NCBI GenBank assembly: GCA_025358765.1
Contig: JANYIG010000165.1
Span: 6,024-70,023, forward strand
Direction of reading: 5' to 3'
Source of the DNA: Candidatus Kapaibacterium sp.
GTDB lineage: Bacteria; Bacteroidota; Ignavibacteria; Kapaibacteriales; UBA4661
DNA length: 64,000 nucleotides
Positions within the stretch are counted from its first letter, which is position 1; each line of letters begins with the position of its first letter. Positions 1 to 8,224 of the stretch are shown piece by piece. Under the pieces are notes generated by a model. That model ran no database searches, was not told the DNA's origin, and saw only the letters and a program-made list of their open reading frames with translations. The translations under genes were made by a program, and so were the position numbers.

Positions 1-1507
1 CAAATCACAAAATGTGACGACGAACACTATCCCACTTGACCTCGACGAGCCAGTGCGTGTGACCGATTCATGGGCTGATCACCATGATTTTGTTTTTTTG
101 CCTTCAAACCCTAATGTCATGCTGACGCTAAATGACGGCGGAATTTGGCGAACCAATGATTGTATGTCAGATACAATAGCATACACCTCACTCAATAATG
201 GCTATCGCACGACGCAGTTTTATACAGTGGCAATCAATCACGCCGTTCCAGGTGATAATACTGTGATGGGCGGTTTGCAAGACCGTACAACATATATGGT
301 ACGTTCCACAAAAGATGTGGGGTATCGAGTAGGGTTTGGCGATGGCTATACTTGTGCTATTAGCGAAAACGGTAAAAAATATTATACTTCATCACAATAT
401 GCTATACTGTATCGGTTTGAACTCGATAGCCGTGGCAATAGAACTCGTTTAATGAGGATAGATCCTTTTACAATGCCTTTTGAAGGAGCACGATATTTTT
501 TACTTAATCCTTTTATTCTCGACCCGAATGATGAAAGTATCATGTATTTAGCCGGCGGTACGCGCCTTTGGCGTAACAGGCTTATCAACGCTGTCGATGC
601 GTATTCTGTACAAACAAACTGGCAATCTATTACTGATTCGCTCAAAGGAGAAGTTATTAGTGCAGTGGCGGTGTCCAAACAGCCCGCCAATATTGTCTAT
701 ATTGGAACAAGCGCTGGTAAGATCTATAAAATACCCAATGCTAAGAATATATCTAGTCCTGCGCCGATGCAGAATATTTCCTCATCGCTATTTCCCAACA
801 GTTCCCTGACCGGCGCATTTATTTCATGTATTGCCGTTGATCACACAAATGCGGATTGGGCTATTGTCGCCTTTTCAAATTACAATGTTCAAAGTTTATT
901 TCTAACGACTGATGGCGGCGCAACATGGGTGCCAGTGGGGGGAAATCTTGAAGAGCGATCAAATGGCACGGGCAATGGTCCGTCAGTGGCATGGGTGAAC
1001 ATTGCGTTGGTTGGCGGTAAACCATGGTATTTTGCTGCAACCTCCGTAGGACTGTTTTCAACAAATAATCTGGACGGCATGAATACTGTATGGGAACGTG
1101 AAGGAGCGTCTACAATTGGCATCATGGATGTACGAATGGTGGATGTCCGCAAAAGCGATGGATTTATCGTAGCCGCAACGCATGGTAACGGCTTGTATGC
1201 TTCTACAATTGTCGTTGCTCCTGCGCGCTCTAATCCTGATTCCCCACAGCTTCAACTTTTGCAGAATTATCCAAATCCTGCCCAAGCCATGACATCCATC
1301 ACCTTTTTTCTCCCACAAAGTGCTCATGCACGGCTTGTGCTGTGGAATGCTCATGGTCAGGAAGTGCAAAAAATTATTGATGCTCCCCTGCCTTCAGGAG
1401 AGCATACAATACAGCTTAATACTCAACTGCTGGCGGCGGGTGCGTATTTGTTCCGCTTAGAGGCGAATGCTCAGTCTATTGTGCGAACAATGATAGTCAG
1501 TCATTAA
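1..1507 (+). CDS. BNR/Asp-box repeat (sialidase / Ycf48-like beta-propeller) protein with type-A T9SS C-terminal sorting domain; 5' end truncated by the window edge
   Basis: The reading frame is open from the window start, and the called GTG at 14 lacks any signal peptide, so the gene continues upstream. There are repeated SxDxGxTW-like BNR motifs (TDGGATW, SWADH). The C-terminus YPNPAQAMTSITFFL...GAYLFRLEANAQSIVRTMIV matches the T9SS CTD consensus. Confidence 0.6.
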   Translation, partial: KSQNVTTNTIPLDLDEPVRVTDSWADHHDFVFLPSNPNVMLTLNDGGIWRTNDCMSDTIAYTSLNNGYRTTQFYTVAINHAVPGDNTVMGGLQDRTTYMVRSTKDVGYRVGFGDGYTCAISENGKKYYTSSQYAILYRFELDSRGNRTRLMRIDPFTMPFEGARYFLLNPFILDPNDESIMYLAGGTRLWRNRLINAVDAYSVQTNWQSITDSLKGEVISAVAVSKQPANIVYIGTSAGKIYKIPNAKNISSPAPMQNISSSLFPNSSLTGAFISCIAVDHTNADWAIVAFSNYNVQSLFLTTDGGATWVPVGGNLEERSNGTGNGPSVAWVNIALVGGKPWYFAATSVGLFSTNNLDGMNTVWEREGASTIGIMDVRMVDVRKSDGFIVAATHGNGLYASTIVVAPARSNPDSPQLQLLQNYPNPAQAMTSITFFLPQSAHARLVLWNAHGQEVQKIIDAPLPSGEHTIQLNTQLLAAGAYLFRLEANAQSIVRTMIVSH

Positions 1508-1542
1508 AAGTTGCTCCATAGCGATAACGTTCACACATTCGT

Positions 1543-1572
1543 AAAGCCCGTTCACCATGGACGGGCTTTTTT
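1543..1572 (+). terminator. Rho-independent terminator (agcccgt-loop-acgggct followed by a T6 tract)
   Basis: A GC stem of 7 bp, a 9-nt loop, then tttttt, immediately 3' of the stop at 1507. Confidence 0.6.
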
Positions 1573-1637
1573 ATTGATGCTTTTTGCCATTTTCCTTCTG
1601 CCTGCGACTTTTTCCGTGCGCAATTGCTCTTAGCTGT

Positions 1638-2207
1638 ATGAGCCAACACGAAGCCCTCTTTGTATTCATGGAACAACGACCTATCGCTCTTGAGCCTGTC
1701 GTCCCTGCACAGGAGTCCACACGCCATATACGCCGTGACGACTTCACGCGCCTGCTTGCGCCTGTGCAAGACAAGCTCTTGCGCTTTGCCTATACGCTCA
1801 CCCGCAATCGGGACGATGCACAAGACATCACAGCCGAGGCAGTATTGCTTGGATATGAGCAGTTTCATACGCTCCGTGACGAAGCGCTCTTCAAGACGTG
1901 GATGTTTACCATTGCCCAGCGCGTGTTTTACCGCGCCCTGCGGCGCTCGAAACGATTCATTCCGCTTGCAGATTCCGATGAACAGACATCCTCCATGCCG
2001 CTCCCAGAGCGCTCCGCAGAAGTCTCCTTGCTCTATGCCGCACTCGACCGCCTTCCCCGCGAACAACGCGAAACGGTCGTTTTGTTTGAAATTGTGGGGC
2101 TGTCGTTAGAGGAAATTCAGGCGGTACAAGGCGGTTCGCTTTCCGGCGTGAAATCGCGCCTCGTGCGCGGGCGGGAAAAACTCAAGCACTTGCTTGGAGA
2201 GAAGTGA
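1638..2207 (+). CDS. ECF (sigma-70 family, sigma-24-type) RNA polymerase sigma factor
   Basis: Region 2 (LLRFAYTLTRNRDDAQDITAEAVL) and region 4 (LPREQRETVVLFEIVGLSLEEIQAVQGGSLSGVKSRLVRGREKL) motifs are present. Start moved to the first ATG (MSQHE); the alternative ATG is at 1668. Confidence 0.8.
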   Translation: MSQHEALFVFMEQRPIALEPVVPAQESTRHIRRDDFTRLLAPVQDKLLRFAYTLTRNRDDAQDITAEAVLLGYEQFHTLRDEALFKTWMFTIAQRVFYRALRRSKRFIPLADSDEQTSSMPLPERSAEVSLLYAALDRLPREQRETVVLFEIVGLSLEEIQAVQGGSLSGVKSRLVRGREKLKHLLGEK

Positions 2208-2239
2208 AAATTACGGTAATGACCAAATGACCAACAACC

Positions 2240-3895
2240 ATGAACTCTGAACATAACCTTGACAATCTCTTTGAGCAGGCACGACGTGATGCCGAACGGC
2301 TCCGCTTCGGACAGGATGAACTCGCGAGCATCCTCGATAAAGCTGATTCCGTGCGCGGTGCGCCAATGCCGGCTCCTAACTCACGTATTCAACGACTTTT
2401 TAACCGCAAAACAATTATGAAAACATCGTTGCTCACAACAGTGGCGATCGTGACGGCGCTGCTCTGGAACAATGGCGAACAACCGCCGATACAGCAATCT
2501 ATCACACAAGTACCGTCGCAACAGCTTATACAGCCTACACAACCCACAGCATCAGCCATTCAGCATGGCAGCCAGCATCAACGACACGACCGCAACGGCA
2601 CAGCACAAAGACCGACAATTCAGACGACAACGCCGTTGAACTCTGTAGCGCCTGTGGATTCTGTGAAAGAACCTGCACCGTACGATTTTGTGGCGGTTGA
2701 TGATGGTGGTGAACCGAATACCGACATGAACCGCCTTTCGGAAATAGCAATATACCCGCCGGAAGCACGGCAAAAGGGCATTGAAGGCAATGTAATGGTG
2801 CGAGTACTGGTTGGCAAAAACGGTAAAGCAAAGCGGTGTTTTGTCGAACAAACTGCTTCACCTTTGTTGAACCAAGCGGCAATGGACGCGGTGCTGCAAG
2901 CTCCGTTCACGGCTGCCATTCATAACAAACAGCCCGTGGATTGTTGGGTTTCGTATCCAGTGAAATTTAAGCTGAACGAGATTTCTAAAGGCGGAACGAT
3001 AGGCGGGGTTTTGCTTTTGAAGCTGAATGATGAGGAGTTACAAACGCTCGGTGTGAGTACCTCTCAGTCTTCTGGAGAAAATACGACAACACTTATCACG
3101 GGAAAAGATACAACTGTTTTTAATCATCATCCGCGCTCGTTGAGTTTTTTGATTCGTTCGGATAAAGAAGCTAAACGTGCAAGCGTTCGGATGTATTACA
3201 AAAGGGTACAAGGTGGAACAAATTTGCAAGTCATAGAAGATGGATTTGTCTTCACCTTAGATGAAAAAAGCTCTGAAAAAATACCAGACATCGTCCCCGT
3301 TTTGTTATCACAAGGCATCAATGGGCAAAAAATTTCTGTTTATGATGGGGTAGATACTGTGGTAGTATCAAAAACTGTCAACCATTTAGTCCCTGTTGCT
3401 GTTGCTATCAACACTAAAGCGGAGCAAGCCGTGGTTCTCTGGTACGAACCAACGCCAGCCGTTCTTGCAGCATTGCCCGAACGCTACCGCACGGCATTGG
3501 AGCGTGAGTTAAAAGCATCCGAAAAATATTCCTCGCTTTGCGACATTCAAAACCCACAAGAACGCAAAGAAATCGAAAATGCCATAGCAGGGCGACCGTT
3601 TTTTGATACGTGGCGCTCGTGTGCTGGGGTGCTGTCGGTGAAGTCCGTTTTCCCCAACCCCGCACGGGAACAATCAACGGTGCGCTTTCGGTTGGATGCT
3701 CCGCGCAATATCACACTTTCGGTACACGACATCTATGGGCAGCGCCTTTCGAGTATTCCCCGCACAAACGAGCTTCCAAGCGGTGAACACGAACTTCTTT
3801 TGGATTTAACGGGCAGAACAGCAGGAATCTACCTTGTTGTTCTGACCACAGACAACGGCGAACAAGCCGTACAACGAATCATCGTGGAACGATAA
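2240..3895 (+). CDS. Anti-sigma-like membrane protein with a TonB C-terminal domain and a T9SS C-terminal sorting domain
   Basis: The gene starts 33 nt after the ECF sigma gene. Its layout is a ~59-aa N-terminal region, one hydrophobic segment (MKTSLLTTVAIVTALLW), a P/Q-rich linker, a TonB_C-like block (IYPPEARQKGIEGNVMVRVLVGKNGKAKRCFVEQTASPLLNQAAMDAVLQAPFTAAIHNKQPVDCWVSYPVKFKL), a ~300-aa unknown region, and a T9SS CTD (VFPNPAREQSTVRFRL...GIYLVVLTTDNGEQAVQRIIV). In an alternative model the start is the internal ATG at about 2417, making the hydrophobic segment a signal peptide. Confidence 0.55.
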   Translation: MNSEHNLDNLFEQARRDAERLRFGQDELASILDKADSVRGAPMPAPNSRIQRLFNRKTIMKTSLLTTVAIVTALLWNNGEQPPIQQSITQVPSQQLIQPTQPTASAIQHGSQHQRHDRNGTAQRPTIQTTTPLNSVAPVDSVKEPAPYDFVAVDDGGEPNTDMNRLSEIAIYPPEARQKGIEGNVMVRVLVGKNGKAKRCFVEQTASPLLNQAAMDAVLQAPFTAAIHNKQPVDCWVSYPVKFKLNEISKGGTIGGVLLLKLNDEELQTLGVSTSQSSGENTTTLITGKDTTVFNHHPRSLSFLIRSDKEAKRASVRMYYKRVQGGTNLQVIEDGFVFTLDEKSSEKIPDIVPVLLSQGINGQKISVYDGVDTVVVSKTVNHLVPVAVAINTKAEQAVVLWYEPTPAVLAALPERYRTALERELKASEKYSSLCDIQNPQERKEIENAIAGRPFFDTWRSCAGVLSVKSVFPNPAREQSTVRFRLDAPRNITLSVHDIYGQRLSSIPRTNELPSGEHELLLDLTGRTAGIYLVVLTTDNGEQAVQRIIVER

Positions 3896-3940
3896 CGACC
3901 AATTCACGTATATTGCCCTCTGTACCGCTGAAGCCGATAG

Positions 3941-3967
3941 GTGCTCCGGGTCGCGGAGGGCTTTTTG
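3941..3967 (+). terminator. Putative terminator hairpin (ctccg-ggtcg-cggag) followed by gcttttt
   Basis: A short GC stem plus a T5 tract, 45 nt after the stop at 3895, between convergent genes. Confidence 0.35.
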
Positions 3968-4063
3968 TACTCATAATTTTGTAATTGGTCGTCTCTGAAT
4001 CGAGGAATGGAGCGATTATTTTAGCGATGAATGATGCACCGTCTGAGCCGCAACATAGCTCGG

Positions 4064-4612
4064 TCAAAAACTAATCGTCAGTACATTCGTTGCGGCATTA
4101 AAGCTGCTCGCAAAACGCTGAAGCGGTCCTGATGCCGGTCCACTAAGACGGGAACCATCTTTAGAAGAATATTCTGAGCCATGACACGGGCAAACCATCA
4201 CCGCGCCTGCCGAACTCGGCAAACCCACGTCGCAGCCCGTGTGCGTACACACCGCAGTCAGCACCAGAAACTCAGTGGTCGAGGAACGAATAATGATCAA
4301 GTTTCGCCCGCCATTGTTTGCGCCAAATTGCTTTGTCACGGCTCCACCCACATTCTTCAACGCCACTTCGTTGCTCACATTCAACGTAGCCGTAATGCCG
4401 GAACTTTTGATGGTCGTATTCTCGCAAGAATTAACGAGCGTTGTCAGCGCTCCGGCGGAAAGCGTCACGCCCAACATAGATGCGGCTTTCAGCAAAAAAT
4501 CGCGCCTATCGGTTGTTGTATTTTGTTCTGTGTGCTGAAATTCTTCAAAGCGTTCTGTAATCTGTGGTTCACGCTGTGGTTCACTGGTATGGTAAGGAGT
4601 TGTTAACGTCAT
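4064..4612 (-). CDS. Tat-exported Rieske [2Fe-2S] domain protein
   Basis: The Rieske boxes CTHTGC and CPCHGSEY lie 16 residues apart. There is a twin-arginine signal RRDFLLKAASMLGVTLSAGA. Start set at the first ATG (MTLTTPY...), 3 nt after a stop; the ORF-track start at 4759 is upstream of this. Confidence 0.75.
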   Translation of the reverse strand: MTLTTPYHTSEPQREPQITERFEEFQHTEQNTTTDRRDFLLKAASMLGVTLSAGALTTLVNSCENTTIKSSGITATLNVSNEVALKNVGGAVTKQFGANNGGRNLIIIRSSTTEFLVLTAVCTHTGCDVGLPSSAGAVMVCPCHGSEYSSKDGSRLSGPASGPLQRFASSFNAATNVLTISF

Positions 4613-4643
4613 AGTTCTGGGGCGAAAAAGTTGCGAAAAAAAA

Positions 4644-5852
4644 TTAATAAAAAATGTGAAGCTGCACCGTCCAGCGCGTGGATGTGTACGCATCGGTGTC
4701 CGTCCAACGGTATTCGGGGCGGAGTTCCACGTAGGGCAGCAGAAAGATTTGTGCTCCAACGCTAATTTGCTGGAATGCTAATTCCGTCACATCGTTCGGA
4801 ACGGCAATACGGGTGCGCCCTCGGTCATAGCGCACGAATGGTAGCAATCCCGTTACGGGTTGATAGCTAAGTTCTGCCGTCATATTTCGTGTTTGTCGCC
4901 CATCTTTAACCCCTGAAAGCGCATATTCACCCATCAACGAGAGCCTATCGGTTAAGCCAACACCGGCAAAAGCACTCAGGAACGTGAATGCTTTATTGTT
5001 CAGTACCGAAGCGCCGATGTAGCTGTTGATAACATGGTCTTCCGTGCGAAGCCAGAGCATGGCTTTGGCAGTCATGGTCGGTGATTTTGCCAATGTGGAA
5101 AAATTAGAATTTGAATCCAGCCCATCCAGCAGTGGTACGGTTTCGGATTTTTGATTAACGGTTTGCAGCTGCGAAAGAGATTTTGGCAAAAATGCACCCG
5201 CCGTAAGCGTGAGCCATTGGAGACCATCGTAGGTGATTTCTGCGCCATATTCCGCATAATTTGGTGCGATAAGTGGATTGTAATCTGCACCCGCAATTCC
5301 ACGCACAATCATCGTATGGTCGTCGTAGCGAACACCGATGGACGGCTGGAAAAACCCTACGCGAAGTTGTGGCGACGTGAGTGTCGGCTGAATCACCACC
5401 GATGCCGCCCATGACTGCTGACCGGCATAGCGAAGCGGTCCGGCATTATACGTACCTTCAAGAGTCAGCCAAGACGTTGCCTGCCATGCCGCGTAGAATG
5501 CCAATTGCATGGGAAAAATACGGCGTTCTGCTTCAGCAGAGGTTGGTTTACGGGCAGATTGCATACGAAAATCCAAACCGAACGTCAACGCCCCATCAAA
5601 GAACGAATTTGACTCACGGTCTAAATCGTAAAGCCAGCCTAAGCCGACGCTGCGTGGTTTTAACAACGCCATCTCTTTTTCCATGTACCAGCCAAGTTCT
5701 CCGCGCAAGCCAGAGCCTTGGTTGTTAACATGGCAGTTCAGACATTTATTCCCACTTAGCAAGGAAAATTGGGGCAGTGCGGTCACGCTGTACGGCACTA
5801 CAAGTACCAATGCAGCGCAAAGGGCGATAACGAAAACGTATCGTGATTTCAT
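4644..5852 (-). CDS. cyc2: Cyc2-like fused mono-heme cytochrome c / outer-membrane beta-barrel porin
   Basis: It has a Sec signal peptide (MKSRYVFVIALCAALVLVVPYSVTA). A single CXXCH (GNKCLNCH) sits 12 aa after the predicted cleavage site. About 350 aa of amphipathic beta-strand-like sequence follow, ending in the OMP C-terminal signature ...VQLHIFY. The 402-aa size fits short Cyc2 cluster-1 proteins. Confidence 0.6.
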   Translation of the reverse strand: MKSRYVFVIALCAALVLVVPYSVTALPQFSLLSGNKCLNCHVNNQGSGLRGELGWYMEKEMALLKPRSVGLGWLYDLDRESNSFFDGALTFGLDFRMQSARKPTSAEAERRIFPMQLAFYAAWQATSWLTLEGTYNAGPLRYAGQQSWAASVVIQPTLTSPQLRVGFFQPSIGVRYDDHTMIVRGIAGADYNPLIAPNYAEYGAEITYDGLQWLTLTAGAFLPKSLSQLQTVNQKSETVPLLDGLDSNSNFSTLAKSPTMTAKAMLWLRTEDHVINSYIGASVLNNKAFTFLSAFAGVGLTDRLSLMGEYALSGVKDGRQTRNMTAELSYQPVTGLLPFVRYDRGRTRIAVPNDVTELAFQQISVGAQIFLLPYVELRPEYRWTDTDAYTSTRWTVQLHIFY

Positions 5853-5912
5853 AATAGTTAGAGGGGTTGAATGATGATTATGATAAAATTCTCAATTCTT
5901 AATTCCCAATTC

Positions 5913-6344
5913 TCAATTATTCAACGCGCCCTGCCGCACCCACGAACGAATCTGGGCGATTTCGCACTCATTGAGCCTGCTGCCAAATGGCATTTGCGTA
6001 ATTCCGTCGGAGCCTTGCACGGCAAATACAATACGATTGCCGATAGTATTGCGCCGCACCGTGTTGTAAGCACTGAGGTTTACGCCGTTGATATTGCCAC
6101 CGGCATCGGAATGACACGATATGCAATTTTTGTCCAAAAGAGGTTGAATAGTCTTGCTGTAGCTCACGCTCGCTGTGTCGCACGGACCAGCTGGAATAAT
6201 AGTTGTCGTATCTTTTTTTTCAATGCCGCGTGCGGGTCCGCTAAAATTATCACAGGATGTAAGGTAGAGCGTACAAACACTAATAACGACCAATGCGATC
6301 AAAATACATAGTTGCGACGGGCGCTTGAGCCAAAAAATAGTCAT
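5913..6344 (-). CDS. Lipoprotein mono-heme c-type cytochrome
   Basis: The signal peptide carries a lipobox (ISVCTLYLTS-C). There is a single CISCH heme-binding motif. The protein is 143 aa and sits immediately upstream, on the same strand, of the Cyc2-like gene with a 60-nt gap. Confidence 0.6.
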   Translation of the reverse strand: MTIFWLKRPSQLCILIALVVISVCTLYLTSCDNFSGPARGIEKKDTTTIIPAGPCDTASVSYSKTIQPLLDKNCISCHSDAGGNINGVNLSAYNTVRRNTIGNRIVFAVQGSDGITQMPFGSRLNECEIAQIRSWVRQGALNN

Positions 6345-6490
6345 AGATTCCTCCTAAAAAATCATTGAATTGGTGTTGACTACGGGAATTATCGTGGTTG
6401 TGGTCAACTTACGAAAAATTTTACGGTTCTTCATCCTGCACGTTTGGGAATTTTTAGATAAGTTCTTCGACAAAAGTAATTCGGTATCGG

Positions 6491-6514
6491 CAACAAGGCA
6501 GCATGCTGCCTTGT
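6491..6514. repeat. 24-bp perfect palindrome aacaaggcagcatgctgccttgtt
   Basis: Seen directly. A near-copy (aggcagcgcatgctgccttgtta) occurs at about 44640..44668, downstream of the RM gene. Confidence 0.3.
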
Positions 6515-6555
6515 TCACAAGATTGTATCGGAAAATTATTGATGACAAACTTAGG

Positions 6556-6763
6556 AACTGAAGTTACGCTTTGCTTTGAAATTCCCCGCTTTTTCCTAAA
6601 AGAGGGGTGTCCTGCCGTCTTCCCTGACGCATTGCGTCAGGGGACGGGGTGTTTCCCCCTCCGGCGATGAAGACCTACCCCGCCGCCCCGAAGACGGTGC
6701 GCCACCCCTTCATCACCGAGGACGGCTGACGAAGGGGAATTGTATCCAAGCGTAACTTCAGTT
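6556..6763. repeat. GC-rich ~208-bp element bounded by 16-bp perfect terminal inverted repeats (aactgaagttacgctt); MITE-like or structured RNA
   Basis: The TIRs are seen directly and extend imperfectly to ...aattcccc / ggggaatt.... The interior is strongly GC-rich compared with its flanks and holds several perfect hairpins (e.g. ccctgacgca-ttg-cgtcaggg). Confidence 0.4.
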
Positions 6764-6788
6764 AGGAACCATGAACGCTGTTTTTATT

Positions 6789-8216
6789 TTAACATTGCGC
6801 CAAACGACCGAGTGTTGTAAGCGCCTCATCTATTCCTGACGAAAAAGGAAACCCACAATTAAGGCGAATGTAATGGTAATATTCCTGCTTTTTCGAGAAA
6901 ATTGGTCCGGGCGCAATGCTGATTTTTTCCTGCAACGCCCGTTGATGCAGCGTTACGGCATTGACGTGTTCCGGAAGCTCCACCCACACGACATAACCAC
7001 CTTGCGGGCGAGTCACTTTTGTACCTTCGGGGAAATGCTCGCCCACCGCCTGAATCGTTTGCTGCACTTGGCTTTGAAGCGATTTCCGCATTGAGCGGAG
7101 ATGGTGCTCGTAGCCTCCGTTTTGCAGAAACCGTGCCAACACAAGTTGCGGAAGCGTTGATGTGGCAAGGCTTGTAGCGATTTTCTGATGAAAAACTTCT
7201 TTGTGGAAACGCCCGGGAACAATGAACCCAACACGCAACCCCGGCGAAATCGTCTTCGAGAACGAGGCACACAGCATCACCATTCCCTCGCGGTCGAAGG
7301 ATTGAAGCGGCTTCGGGCGTTTTTCGCCGAAATACAAATCACCGTAAATATCATCTTCAATCACAGGGATGCTGTATCGCGCTGCGAGTGCTGCGGTTGC
7401 TGCTTTGTGATTATCCGGCATACAGCTTCCGAGCGGATTATTGAAGTTTGGCGTAAGAACGCAGGCGCTTACCAAACCTTGTTTCATAGCGGTTTCGAGG
7501 TGATCGAGTGCAATGCCCGTTCGCGGGTCGGTCGGAATTTCTAAGGCTTTCATGCCCAAACCCTCGATAATCCGCAACACGCCGAAATAGCACGGGGACT
7601 CCACAGCAATTGTGTCACCGGCTCGTGCCACAGCTCGCAAGCACAAGTGCATGGCTTCCGTCGCGCCACAAGAGATAACAACCTCATCCGCCGCCGTTAT
7701 TGGTGCGCCCACACTGCCCCAGTCCATCGCCCGCAGCGCAATCTGTCGCCGAAGTTCAATATTCCCGCCCGAAGTTTCGTAACGGCTTATTTCCTGCACT
7801 TCCGTCCGCGCAATGGAGGCAAAAAGTTTGGAAATTTTGGTGAGTGGTAACAACTCCGGTGAAGGCACAGCACCACCAAGTGGCGCGAAATCGGCATACT
7901 GAGCAGCATTGATAACATCCTCGACTAGCGAAATCACGTTCACAGGAGCAGCGGGCGTGGGCGCAAAGCGCCGAATAGTTGGCTCCGGTGGCAGATTCCG
8001 TAGCTGCATTCGCACGTAGTAGCCGGATTGCGGGCGAGCATCTACCAAACCCATATCCTCAAGGTGCATGTATGCTTGCAACACGGTGGAAATACTCACA
8101 CTTTTTTGTTCGCTCATCCGCCGCACCGACGGCAAACGGTCGCCCGGTTGCAACACGCGCTGATGCACTTGGCGCTGGATTTCGCGGGCTATTTGTTCGT
8201 ACAGATGTGTTTCCAT
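6789..8216 (-). CDS. MocR/GabR-family transcriptional regulator (GntR HTH fused to a PLP aminotransferase-like domain)
   Basis: N-terminal GntR HTH (IAREIQRQVHQRVLQPGDRLPSVRRMSEQKSVSISTVLQAYMHLEDMGLV) followed by an aminotransferase class I/II fold. Confidence 0.8.
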   Translation of the reverse strand: METHLYEQIAREIQRQVHQRVLQPGDRLPSVRRMSEQKSVSISTVLQAYMHLEDMGLVDARPQSGYYVRMQLRNLPPEPTIRRFAPTPAAPVNVISLVEDVINAAQYADFAPLGGAVPSPELLPLTKISKLFASIARTEVQEISRYETSGGNIELRRQIALRAMDWGSVGAPITAADEVVISCGATEAMHLCLRAVARAGDTIAVESPCYFGVLRIIEGLGMKALEIPTDPRTGIALDHLETAMKQGLVSACVLTPNFNNPLGSCMPDNHKAATAALAARYSIPVIEDDIYGDLYFGEKRPKPLQSFDREGMVMLCASFSKTISPGLRVGFIVPGRFHKEVFHQKIATSLATSTLPQLVLARFLQNGGYEHHLRSMRKSLQSQVQQTIQAVGEHFPEGTKVTRPQGGYVVWVELPEHVNAVTLHQRALQEKISIAPGPIFSKKQEYYHYIRLNCGFPFSSGIDEALTTLGRLAQC

Positions 8217-8224
8217 TATGTGTC

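Noticed and set aside
1497-2066. 189-aa minus-strand ORF antisense to the ECF sigma factor gene. The same applies to the many other antisense or embedded ORFs in the track, for example 4181..4606, 5155..5412, 9700..10206, 11285..12016, 12451..12915, 45324..46085, 46705..47388, 57680..58249 and 62087..62599.
   Set aside because: Each lies wholly inside a well-supported gene on the opposite strand or in another frame. None has family resemblance, and their composition is typical of shadow ORFs.
2240-3895. Gene fusion artefact or frameshifted pseudogene joining a TonB-like gene and a T9SS cargo gene
   Set aside because: The frame is continuous over 551 codons with no stop or obvious slippery site. 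The composition is uniform across the junction, so it is treated as a genuine multidomain protein.
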